A DNA stretch of 64,000 nt, from NCBI GenBank assembly GCA_965652275.1, contig CBFGUR010000009.1, positions 24,940 through 88,939 on the forward strand. The letters are read 5' to 3'. Below the pieces are notes generated by a model that saw only the letters and a list, made by a program, of their open reading frames with translations, was not told where the DNA came from and did no database searches. Both the position numbers and the translations under genes were made by a program. Shown piece by piece: positions 28,517 to 36,983 of the stretch (within the stretch, counting starts at the first letter, position 1; each line of letters begins with the position of its first letter). The DNA comes from an uncultured Polyangiaceae bacterium (lineage in GTDB: Bacteria; Myxococcota_A; Polyangia; Polyangiales; Polyangiaceae).

Positions 28517-29032
28517 GTGGCAAGCAAGATTCATCTCGAAATCGTTACTCCCGAGGGGGTCAAGTTCTCGGCCGAGGTCGATGAGTTCACCGCACCGAGC
28601 GTTCAGGGTGAGTTTGGCGTTCTGCCTTCGCATCGGCCTCTTCTCGCGGGGCTCAAGACCGGCCTCGTCACGATGAGGATCGACGGTGACACCAAGGCGG
28701 TGGCGATCGGTCCGGGGTTCGCCAAGGTTGCCGACGACAAGGCGAACATCATCACCGACAAGTTCATCGAGAAGGCTGACGTCGATCCTGTCGTAGCCCG
28801 TAAGGACTTGAAGGATGCCGAAAAGGCCATCGATGCCTTGAGCCACGATGCGCCCGAGCCGGAGAAGGCCGAGAAGATCGCGGCTTCGCGTTGGGCGGCT
28901 GCCCGCCTGGAGCTCTACGGTGATCCACCGCCTCCGACTGTAGTTCTCGCCCACGAGATGCGCCTTTTGGGCGGGGAGGACTACTCTCAGGCGGAGGGCG
29001 ATTCCGAGTCTTCGGAAGAAACAAGCGCTTGA
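28517..29032 (+). CDS. atpC: F0F1 ATP synthase subunit epsilon (with extended acidic C-terminus)
   Basis: A GTG start lies 22 nt after atpD. LEIVTPEG...VDEFTAPSVQGEFGVLPSHRPLL is typical of epsilon. It is 171 aa long and ends in an acidic tail, GGEDYSQAEGDSESSEETSA. Confidence 0.9.
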   Translation: MASKIHLEIVTPEGVKFSAEVDEFTAPSVQGEFGVLPSHRPLLAGLKTGLVTMRIDGDTKAVAIGPGFAKVADDKANIITDKFIEKADVDPVVARKDLKDAEKAIDALSHDAPEPEKAEKIAASRWAAARLELYGDPPPPTVVLAHEMRLLGGEDYSQAEGDSESSEETSA

Positions 29033-29081
29033 GGTAATCTGGGGGCCATCCTCGATTCACCGCTCGCGTTCGAGCTCCCCC

Positions 29082-29942
29082 GTGACCCTGCCGCCACCCA
29101 AACAACTGCTCGAGAGGTTCGGCCTGAGACCGAAGAACTCGTTCGGCCAGAACTTCCTCTCCGATCCACATTTGGCTGGGAAAATAGCGGAGCTGTGTAG
29201 CGAATCGGGCCCGAGTCGCATTCTCGAGATTGGTTCGGGGCTAGGCGCCCTCACGGATGAACTGTTGACTCGAGGGCACCACGTGACGGCCATCGAACGG
29301 GACCGCGACCTCGTGCCCGCCCTGCGTGAGCTATTCGAGGGCCCGATTTCCCAAGGGCGCCTCGAGCTTCTCGAGGCGGACGCGAAGGCAGTAGCATGGG
29401 ATGAAGTGCTGGGCCTGGATGGTGAGGGACCGTTCGTTCTGGCGGGCAACCTTCCGTATCAAATTACCGGACCGCTCATCGAGAAGTCGGTACATCTCGG
29501 ACGTCGGGTGGCTCGCGCCGTTTATCTCGTTCAAAAGGAGGTCGCCGATCGGCTCGCAGCGAGGGAAAACACGAAGACTTACGGTGCTCTTTCGGTGTTC
29601 GTGCAGGCACAGTTCTCGGTCAAGCGTGCCTTTACGATCAAAGCGGGCGCTTTCTACCCGCAGCCGCGCGTCGACTCGGCCGTGGTCGTGCTCTCGCCTC
29701 ACGCTCAGGCGATTTCCGAAGAGACTTCGGAATTCCGCGCGGTCGTCAAGGGCGCCTTCGCGTCTCGACGGAAAACGCTTCGAAACGCTTGGAAGTCGCT
29801 GTTGGCGCCGAGGCGGCTCGAAGAGCTCGCTTCGAGTGTGGGTGTGTCCCTGGACAAGCGCGGCGAAACACTGACGGTCGGGCAGTTCGCAGCGGTTGCC
29901 CAGGCGCTTCAACGAATCCGAACGACCGAGGTAGACGGGTGA
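29082..29942 (+). CDS. rsmA: 16S rRNA (adenine1518/1519-N6)-dimethyltransferase
   Basis: Contains the SFGQNFL motif, the SAM-binding segment ILEIGSGLGALT, and GNLPYQIT. Confidence 0.93.
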   Translation: MTLPPPKQLLERFGLRPKNSFGQNFLSDPHLAGKIAELCSESGPSRILEIGSGLGALTDELLTRGHHVTAIERDRDLVPALRELFEGPISQGRLELLEADAKAVAWDEVLGLDGEGPFVLAGNLPYQITGPLIEKSVHLGRRVARAVYLVQKEVADRLAARENTKTYGALSVFVQAQFSVKRAFTIKAGAFYPQPRVDSAVVVLSPHAQAISEETSEFRAVVKGAFASRRKTLRNAWKSLLAPRRLEELASSVGVSLDKRGETLTVGQFAAVAQALQRIRTTEVDG

Positions 29943-30358
29943 GGAAGTTCGTTTTTCCGCTGCTCGTCCTGGTCGGCTCCTGCCAGGGGCCCAAGGCCCC
30001 GTCTCTCCCCACAGTGCAAGTCGGAGTTTTCTTCGGCGGCCAGATTCAGCGCCTCAAGAAGGTCGAGATCCCGGCCGTCCGTCCCCCCAAACTCGGCTTT
30101 CGGGTCGACATTCCTTCGACCGTCGAGCCGCCGGTTGCTCCCATTGCATATGAAATCGTTCGACCTGGACCCGCCGGCCGACGCGTCACCGAAAAGGGCA
30201 CACTTGTCGTACCCCGCGGGCAATCGCGCATCGACCACGTCATCGAACTCGACGCCTCGAGCAAGCTCGGACTATGGAACATCCGAGTCGTCCAAGAGCA
30301 GGCGGTCCTTGCAGATCGCGCGGTCTACCTCGTTGAAGGTCCGCCCGTGCCTCTCTAG
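29939..30358 (+). CDS. Small lipoprotein, hypothetical (139 aa)
   Basis: The GTG at 29939 overlaps the rsmA stop (GTGA) and gives (M)RKFVFPLLVLVGSC, a lipobox. The longer ORF from 29789 lies wholly inside rsmA. No family was recognised. Confidence 0.6.
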   Translation: MRKFVFPLLVLVGSCQGPKAPSLPTVQVGVFFGGQIQRLKKVEIPAVRPPKLGFRVDIPSTVEPPVAPIAYEIVRPGPAGRRVTEKGTLVVPRGQSRIDHVIELDASSKLGLWNIRVVQEQAVLADRAVYLVEGPPVPL

Positions 30359-30378
30359 TCTCGGTTGTGTACTCCCAT

Positions 30379-30399
30379 CCGAACACACGAGGTGTTCGG
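30379..30399. terminator. Hairpin in convergent gap (possible terminator, no U-tract)
   Basis: CCGAACAC-ACGAG-GTGTTCGG is a perfect 8-bp stem. It lies between the stops at 30358 (+) and 30400 (-). Confidence 0.3.
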
Positions 30400-32004
30400 T
30401 CACCCGGAGGAGGAAGGTGGGGGGCGCCTGCTTTCTCGTCGCTGCGCCAGCTTCACGCCCAACTTGGAGAGTTGTTCCATGCCGTCTTCGGTAGCCATCC
30501 GCTGGCGGTAATTCAGCGCGTCGTGGACCAACTTAGCCTTCACGTCCCTGCGCAGGCGGCCGTCGTGTTCGAGTCGCGCCGACTCCAGACAGGGGATGAA
30601 ACGGATCTCCGTGCGGCGCCGGGCGACGCGACGGATGGCACTGAGAAGCTGTCGGGGAGTCTCGAAGGTGGGAGGCCTCCCGAACAGATAAATGAGGCTG
30701 GGGGCCTTCTTGGACGCCGCAATTTCCGAGAGCAACGAGCCGATCTCTCGTTCGACCTGGTGTCGATCGGATGAGCCACGCGGAGGTGGCTGAACCCCGA
30801 ATGATAGAAGGTAACGGCGCAGGGCTTTGTCGGTCTCGCTCCGTGACCAGGGAGGTGCCGCGTGAACGGGGGCGTGTTTCACTACCCGCTCCGCAAGCTC
30901 GGCGATCCGCTCGTGTTCGTAAGGTCGAATCTGGGCCGCATTCGAGTCGAGGGAGGAGAGGTGTTCCAGCACCTTCCTCGCAACATCGCCGTCGTCCCAA
31001 TCGCTGCGATCGGCGTCCGCCGTGTGTGTGTCGAGGGTCAGCGCTGTCAGCATCCGGGCGGCGTGTTTCGGCCCCTTCCCTGGGGGGATCAGGGCGAGTC
31101 GCCGGGTTCCCATGAGGCACAATCCTACCTGATCACCGCGGGCGACGTGTGCTTCCAAGATACTTGCGGCTTCGTCGATTGCCACGTCGAGAGCGGTCTT
31201 GCCGGGGAGCCCCGAAGCGCTGTCGACCGAGGCATCGACAACCAGCCAAACGAGATCGGATTGTTCTTGCTCTGTTTCGATGATCAGAAGCTTCCCTCGC
31301 CGAGCCGATGGCTTCCAAGCGATGTGACGGTAAGGGTCGCCTGGACGATGCTCTCGGATTTCGCGGAGCTCTGAACCATCACCCTTGCGGCGCCCACGTC
31401 TCGCGACAATCGAGCTACTTTGAGTTCGGCCACCGACGGCCCCCGCCAGCCCGAGGCGAGTCGTGTGCGGCAGGACTTCCAAAACCAATGGATTCGAAAA
31501 CGAAAGCGGGACGGTATAAAGGCCTGGAGCCCGAATCGTTTGGAGCGTGATGTTGTGGAGTCCGTGGTAACCCACCCGCAGCGGACGAATTCTGAGCTCG
31601 AGCTTCAAACGTCCTCCCGGCGGGACCTGTCCCGAGCTGGGAAAGCAACGGACCTCCAGGGCGGGGGAGTGCGACACGTTGAGGTTCCGAAACCGAGTGG
31701 GCAATGTGTCGCGGTTGCGGAGTTCCGCCGTGATCACCAGCTCGTGCCCGCGGGTGGCGCGGACGACCGCGTCGCCCGTCGTCCACAGCATCTCGAATCC
31801 TGCGGCTCTCGCCCGTGAAACGCTGACACTCGTCAATGCTCGGGCGAGAGCAACACCGGTCAGGATGGCGGCACCATACGCGACCATCGGAGGGTTGGTC
31901 AGAGCGACTCCTGCTCCGCATGCGACCGATCCTGCGATGAACAGGTGGCTTGCTCTCAGCGTCGGTCGCAATCTCACGACCGAACCATAGCACTCATCCG
32001 CCAC
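30400..32004 (-). CDS. DUF58 domain protein (vWA-like MoxR partner) with long C-terminal extension
   Basis: The DUF58 signature REIREHRPGDPYRHIAWKPSARRGKLLIIETEQE is present. The N-terminal region is hydrophobic (HLFIAGSVACGAGVAL, VAYGAAILTGVALA). About 200 aa extend beyond the usual domain. Confidence 0.85.
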   Translation of the reverse strand: MADECYGSVVRLRPTLRASHLFIAGSVACGAGVALTNPPMVAYGAAILTGVALARALTSVSVSRARAAGFEMLWTTGDAVVRATRGHELVITAELRNRDTLPTRFRNLNVSHSPALEVRCFPSSGQVPPGGRLKLELRIRPLRVGYHGLHNITLQTIRAPGLYTVPLSFSNPLVLEVLPHTTRLGLAGAVGGRTQSSSIVARRGRRKGDGSELREIREHRPGDPYRHIAWKPSARRGKLLIIETEQEQSDLVWLVVDASVDSASGLPGKTALDVAIDEAASILEAHVARGDQVGLCLMGTRRLALIPPGKGPKHAARMLTALTLDTHTADADRSDWDDGDVARKVLEHLSSLDSNAAQIRPYEHERIAELAERVVKHAPVHAAPPWSRSETDKALRRYLLSFGVQPPPRGSSDRHQVEREIGSLLSEIAASKKAPSLIYLFGRPPTFETPRQLLSAIRRVARRRTEIRFIPCLESARLEHDGRLRRDVKAKLVHDALNYRQRMATEDGMEQLSKLGVKLAQRRESRRPPPSSSG

Positions 32005-32023
32005 CTACTGGTACGGTCGCCCC

Positions 32024-33835
32024 GTGCTTCCTTCCATCGTTCCCGGGCGCAGCCTCGCTAGCCGTAGTGTACGACTTGCGTTCGGGTGCTTCCTGCTTCT
32101 GACCCTGGGGTCGATCGGGGCCCGGGCGTCTTCTTCGGGCGGCACCCCTCGCTCTGCGCTGGAAGATTCCTTCGTGAATGAGGCGCTCGCCGCTGTTGGC
32201 TGGACCGAAGAGCCCAGGCCCGAGGGGAAGAGGATCGAAGCGGTCGAAATCTACGTTTTCCCCGTCTTCGATGACCGCGACCCCATCCCGAACTTCGTGA
32301 ACGTTTTTCACGCGCGCACCCGCGATTGGGTGGTGCAGCAGGACGTCATACAGAGTGTGGGCGACGAGTGGGAAAGAGGAAGGGTGCTCGAAACGGAGCG
32401 AACCCTGAGAGGGCTGCGTCAAATCTCCCTAGCCAACGTCGTAGCCGCGAAAGGATCGACTCCGGATACGGTCAGGATGCTCGTTGTCGTAAAGGACGTG
32501 TGGAGCCTTCGACTGAATTCGGACTGGGCATACGGGTCGTCAGGATTGGACTACCTTCTTCTCAACCCCACCGAAGAAAACCTCGGCGGCCTGCGGGCCT
32601 CGCTGGGAGCCTTCTTCGTTCTGGAGAGGGATCGCTACTACTTGGGCGGTAATTTCAGCTACCCCCGGATGTTCGCAACGAACTACTTCCTCACCATTTC
32701 GGGGGGGGCCATCGTCAACCGTTTCAGTGCGGACAACGAAGGCAACTATGGCACGTTCTCCTTCTCGCGTCCGCTTCGCTTTCGGCGGGATCGTTGGGGG
32801 TTCGGTACCGATGCGGCGTTTTCTTCCCAGATCGTTCGCCAGTACCGCGACGGGACGGTCGACACGGTGGCCGTGCGGAACTCTTCGGGTGAGGTCGAGA
32901 CCTTGCCGTGGATGTACGAGGCCGAAGGGCTCGAGGCTCGCTATTTTGGAGTGAGATCGTTTGGAGTAACGCACAAGGTCGATTTGGGATTCGGTCTCGA
33001 GCTCAGCCATTCTCGCTACCGACCCGTCGAGGGGTTGGAGGCATCTCCGCAGGCGCGGCGACTCTTCATCGAGTACGTCATTCCGGTGAGCGACCGCAGA
33101 ATCAGCCCCTATGTGACACTAGCGGCCTACAGCACTCGCTTCCATCGCTCGCTCGACATCGAAACCCTGGGGCTCCAAGAGGATTATCGTTTGGGGTACG
33201 GTGTCGTGACCACCGTATTTGGCGCCGCCGAGGAGCTAGGCTCCTCGCGGGACTTGGTGGGCTCGAAGGTCGCGGCCGGCTACACCGTTGCGATCGGGGA
33301 TGGTCTCTTTCGCGCGGGTGCGCAAAACCGCATAGTTGTCGCGAACGAAGGTCGACACGAGGCATTCATCTCGCTAGCGGGCCGGATTGTTTCTCCCAGG
33401 ACTCCCGCTGGTCGCCTCCACTTGGACGCGTATCTCGGGCATCGCTACCACGACTACCTCAACGTCTCTGGCTTCAGGCTCGGGGGCAACAACCGTCTTC
33501 GTGGTTATCCAGCGTCGACATTCGTAGGGAAGAATCTCATCGCGGCGAACGCCGAGTTCCGCACGCCGGGCGTCGACATCCTCTCGGCGCAGGTCGGGCT
33601 CGCTGCATTCTACGACTTGGGGGCGGCTTCTGACGTCTTCGAAGACTCGAAGTTCTATCAAGGAACGGGAGCGGGATTTCGTATCCTTTTTCCCCAGGCA
33701 GAACGGACGGTGATGCGGCTCGACTGGGGTCTTCCGGTGAGCGGTGATCGGCAAGTCCTCCCCGGGGCGTTCTTTTTTACTTTCGGTCAAGCGTTCCCCA
33801 TGCCCGACTCATCGGGACAAGGGGAAGCGTTCTAA
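32024..33835 (+). CDS. Omp85/BamA-family outer-membrane protein
   Basis: The signal peptide is VRLAFGCFLLLTLGSIGARA. The surface-antigen barrel shows FRLGGNNRLRGYPASTFVGKNLIAANAEFR, AAFYDLGAA and GAGFRILFPQAERTVMRLDWGLPV. The C-terminal residue is Phe. Confidence 0.8.
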   Translation: MLPSIVPGRSLASRSVRLAFGCFLLLTLGSIGARASSSGGTPRSALEDSFVNEALAAVGWTEEPRPEGKRIEAVEIYVFPVFDDRDPIPNFVNVFHARTRDWVVQQDVIQSVGDEWERGRVLETERTLRGLRQISLANVVAAKGSTPDTVRMLVVVKDVWSLRLNSDWAYGSSGLDYLLLNPTEENLGGLRASLGAFFVLERDRYYLGGNFSYPRMFATNYFLTISGGAIVNRFSADNEGNYGTFSFSRPLRFRRDRWGFGTDAAFSSQIVRQYRDGTVDTVAVRNSSGEVETLPWMYEAEGLEARYFGVRSFGVTHKVDLGFGLELSHSRYRPVEGLEASPQARRLFIEYVIPVSDRRISPYVTLAAYSTRFHRSLDIETLGLQEDYRLGYGVVTTVFGAAEELGSSRDLVGSKVAAGYTVAIGDGLFRAGAQNRIVVANEGRHEAFISLAGRIVSPRTPAGRLHLDAYLGHRYHDYLNVSGFRLGGNNRLRGYPASTFVGKNLIAANAEFRTPGVDILSAQVGLAAFYDLGAASDVFEDSKFYQGTGAGFRILFPQAERTVMRLDWGLPVSGDRQVLPGAFFFTFGQAFPMPDSSGQGEAF

Positions 33836-33967
33836 ACCTCACCTCGTGGCCCCGGCATGGCGATGCGTGTGGGGTAATCAGCCGCAGGCGCCTCACGAAG
33901 CCGCGTGTAGCTATGCACGAATCGGGAATTTATCTCTGATGAGGAGTACTCTGGAAGGACGAGCCCA

Positions 33968-34933
33968 TCATTGGGCGGCGCGACTGTAGGGGATCTTCGA
34001 CAGCGCGTCTCGGACGACTCCTTGTCGAGCCTCTTCGTCTCCTTCGAGATCGGGCACCAGTACCAAGCGATGCGCGATCACGGAGGTCGCGACGCTCTGA
34101 ACGTCGTCTGGAGTCACGAAGCCACGCCCGCAGAGCACTGCATGCGCCTTCGACGCTTGAAGCAAAGCCAATGACGCACGCGGGCTCGCTCCAAGCATGA
34201 CTTTCCCGCTACTTCGCGTCGCGCGGCAGAGTGCCACGGCATAGTGGTGGATTTCCGACTCCGCGTGAACCCTTCGTGCCAGCTCCTGTAGCTTCTGCAC
34301 TTCGTCGGGCGTGAGCACCGGCTCCGGCTCTGGGGGCGCCACGTCGTGCGTCTTCAGCATTGCCACCTCGGCTCGTTCTTCTGGGTATCCAAGTACGAGC
34401 CGCACCAGAAAGCGATCGAGCTGAGCCTCCGGGAGGGGGTAGGTACCCTCCAGATCGATGGGGTTTTGCGTCGCCAGCACCATGAACGGCGTGGGCAGTC
34501 TCTGCTGCTCGCCTTCGATGGTCGCTTGCCCTTCCTGCATTGCTTCGAGCAGCGCGGACTGAGTCTTGGCCGGGGCGCGATTGATTTCGTCTGCGAGCAC
34601 CAAGTTGGCGAACAACGGGCCCTTGCGGAGTGAGAAGGTTCCATCGCGAGGGTCGAGGACGTACGTACCTGTGATGTCGCTCGGGAGAAGATCGGGCGTG
34701 AATTGGATTCTTCTGAGTCCGCATCCGAGGGCGGTTGCGAATGATTTGGCAAGGGTGGTCTTGGCGACGCCCGGAACCCCTTCGAGGAGTACGTGACCCC
34801 TGGAAAGCAGAGCAATGAGGAGCGTGTCGAGCGCACCTGACCCGCCCACGTAGACCCGACTCACCTGCCTCCTGACTTCGTCGAGTCGTGAGCGCGCCGC
34901 GGAGATGTCTTTGTCGTCCAGCTCTTGGGTCAT
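33968..34933 (-). CDS. MoxR-family AAA+ ATPase
   Basis: Walker A is LLEGVPGVAKTTLAK and Walker B is LVLADEINRAPAKTQSALLEAMQE. The segment IQFTPDLLPSDITGT is typical of MoxR. Confidence 0.95.
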   Translation of the reverse strand: MTQELDDKDISAARSRLDEVRRQVSRVYVGGSGALDTLLIALLSRGHVLLEGVPGVAKTTLAKSFATALGCGLRRIQFTPDLLPSDITGTYVLDPRDGTFSLRKGPLFANLVLADEINRAPAKTQSALLEAMQEGQATIEGEQQRLPTPFMVLATQNPIDLEGTYPLPEAQLDRFLVRLVLGYPEERAEVAMLKTHDVAPPEPEPVLTPDEVQKLQELARRVHAESEIHHYAVALCRATRSSGKVMLGASPRASLALLQASKAHAVLCGRGFVTPDDVQSVATSVIAHRLVLVPDLEGDEEARQGVVRDALSKIPYSRAAQ

Positions 34934-36342
34934 CGGACTTTCCTCATACGTTCCATTCTTCGAAGCAGGCGCATCGATTCTTCGTGGTAGGCCTTCAGAG
35001 TCGCCTCGGAGGCCTTCTTGGGCCGTCCCTGTCCTAGGCTCTGACCGTAAGTACGCAAGTCAGCCAGCAGTTTGGCCAAACTCGCAGCCTCGTCAGGGGA
35101 TAGCCCGGAGCTGACGGAAGCTTCCTCGAGTTCTTCAGGTGGCGCGTTTGGGTTCAGACCAAGGCGCCGTGCGGCGGTTTCGCGCAGGGCTGCATCCAGC
35201 TCCATGAGCGCCAGGATGGGGTTTGCCTTGGACGACCCGAGGATGTCAGCTCTGGCACCGAGCCCAGTCTGCGCGGCCAGGATGGGCGCTCGTGCAAAGC
35301 TGAAGTCCAGGAGCGGAGGCAGCCGGAGGTTGCCACGCGCTTCCCGGGAGACGACCCAGAGTCCGAGGAGGGCTGCGAGAAATGTCGCCATCATCGGCGG
35401 CATTCCTTCTTCGTCCATTGCCAGCACTGCAGAGGCTGCGTCTTCGAAGTGGCGTTTCATCTGTTCCAGGATTGGTTCGTCCTCACCGTAGTGGCCAGAT
35501 TGCTCGAAATCGTTCGCGAGGATCCAGAGCTTCCCCGCGCGTCCGCCGCCGGGTTCCTCGTCTCGAGGTAGAAGAGGATCCAAAGCGGCCTCGTGGGGAG
35601 GCGTGAGGTAGTCGACGAGCCCTTCGGCCAGCGCGCGATTTCCCGGGTACCGCATCATCAGGTTGATGAACACGGACGGGTCACCGAGAGCGAACAGGCG
35701 TCCCTTCTTCGCGATGACCCCGGTCACGGCCAAGGCCTCGGCGCGCCCTCGAGTGTCCCGGATCTCGAGCACGGGCGTCAGATCCGGGTGCCTGAGCACC
35801 AGAGGGTGGTTGGTTACGACAGCCTCGACGTGCTCGGCGATGGGATGTCGCCCCTGTTCTGCACCCGCGACCAGCTGGACCGACGGTACTGCGATTGGAA
35901 GATCGGGATTGGACCGGAGCGTTTCGACCGGGCTATCCGGAGGACTGATCCGGCGTATTCCGAACTTCTGAAGAAGCCCTTCTCCCTTCCCAAAGTCGTC
36001 GAGCAGCGCAACCCGTCCCCCGTCGGCCAAGAACGAGCTGAGTGAGCTTTCATCGAGGGAACGAAGCGGTCGGACGATGACGAGCGCGTCGCTCGGGCGG
36101 AGCAACGAGTAGTCCAAGCGGGCGCTTGGTCTGACGCGCGAGGTCCCAAGGCGCTTTTGTGCGAGGCGAACGAACTCCGAGTAACCTTCCCAGTCGGAAC
36201 TCGAAGTCGAAAACGGAAGCCCCTCGCGCTGACCGCCTGTAATGACACCCTGCGCCCCGCTGACGGAGGGGCAGAGGGAGAGAGCGAAACAAAGCAGGGT
36301 CCCTCTTGCGAATGCTCTCAGTGAGTTGCTCGGCGCGCGCAC
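34930..36342 (-). CDS. DUF4350-like secreted/membrane protein, translationally coupled to MoxR
   Basis: Its stop overlaps the MoxR start (ATGA). The GTG at 36342 gives (M)RAPSNSLRAFARGTLLCFALSLCPSVSGAQG, a signal peptide. ALVIVRPLRSLDESSLSSFLADGGRVALLDDFG resembles DUF4350/GldG-like modules. There is a C-terminal TM (MMATFLAALLGLWVV). The longest ORF reaches 36561. The family name is from memory. Confidence 0.55.
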   Translation of the reverse strand: MRAPSNSLRAFARGTLLCFALSLCPSVSGAQGVITGGQREGLPFSTSSSDWEGYSEFVRLAQKRLGTSRVRPSARLDYSLLRPSDALVIVRPLRSLDESSLSSFLADGGRVALLDDFGKGEGLLQKFGIRRISPPDSPVETLRSNPDLPIAVPSVQLVAGAEQGRHPIAEHVEAVVTNHPLVLRHPDLTPVLEIRDTRGRAEALAVTGVIAKKGRLFALGDPSVFINLMMRYPGNRALAEGLVDYLTPPHEAALDPLLPRDEEPGGGRAGKLWILANDFEQSGHYGEDEPILEQMKRHFEDAASAVLAMDEEGMPPMMATFLAALLGLWVVSREARGNLRLPPLLDFSFARAPILAAQTGLGARADILGSSKANPILALMELDAALRETAARRLGLNPNAPPEELEEASVSSGLSPDEAASLAKLLADLRTYGQSLGQGRPKKASEATLKAYHEESMRLLRRMERMRKVR

Positions 36343-36630
36343 GATCCGGCCCAAGGCTAGCACCGTGAGTGGAAATCCAGAATCCGATGTAAACGGCCGG
36401 TGGCGAGCGCGTTTCGGGATGATTGGACGAAGTCGAGCGGCGCCTCGTGGCCGAGGAAGGTGGATGTGGGGCAGGCGCCGCAAAAAATCGGTCTCGAGCC
36501 CATCCTTGGGGTCGCGTGAGTACCCTGGCCGAGAACTTGGAGTTGCCAACGGCCTTTCCATGGTTAAAGTAGTTGTTGAAGAGACGGTTTTCCGTTCCCT
36601 TCAGCCCCCTCAACTCGAAAGGCCCCCCTA

Positions 36631-36813
36631 ATGTTGCCTCCGTTCATCATTGAGCAGATTCGAAAGCGAGAGGAGCGGCAGCATGAGGATCGCGCCGTTT
36701 TGGAGCTTCCTCTGGAACAAGGACGCCCGATCCCACCCGTTGGGCCCAGCGTTTCTCCGAGCTCCGACACCGAGCAAAAGCCGCAGCGCGGCGTCATCGT
36801 CGTCGACCTGTAA
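36631..36813 (+). CDS. Candidate small protein (60 aa), hypothetical
   Basis: It starts with ATG, and GAAAGG lies about 13 nt upstream. Third-position GC is about 70%, counted by hand and similar to neighbouring genes. The sequence is MLPPFIIEQIRKREERQHEDRAVLELPLEQGRPIPP...RGVIVVDL. It sits in an otherwise gene-free divergent spacer. Confidence 0.35.
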   Translation: MLPPFIIEQIRKREERQHEDRAVLELPLEQGRPIPPVGPSVSPSSDTEQKPQRGVIVVDL

Positions 36814-36983
36814 GCATCGGTCGGCGGTCCTTGTCGCGTCCCCGGATCGCGGCCCCTGACACATAGGTCGGGCGAGGGCAAGCTCTCGGAAGCGGAAATG
36901 CGTGTTTTCTTGGCTGAGAAAACTCCTCGCAAGTCTTCCTTCACAGGCGTTTCGTCGGTAGCAGTAAGCCCGCTTTTCGCGAC

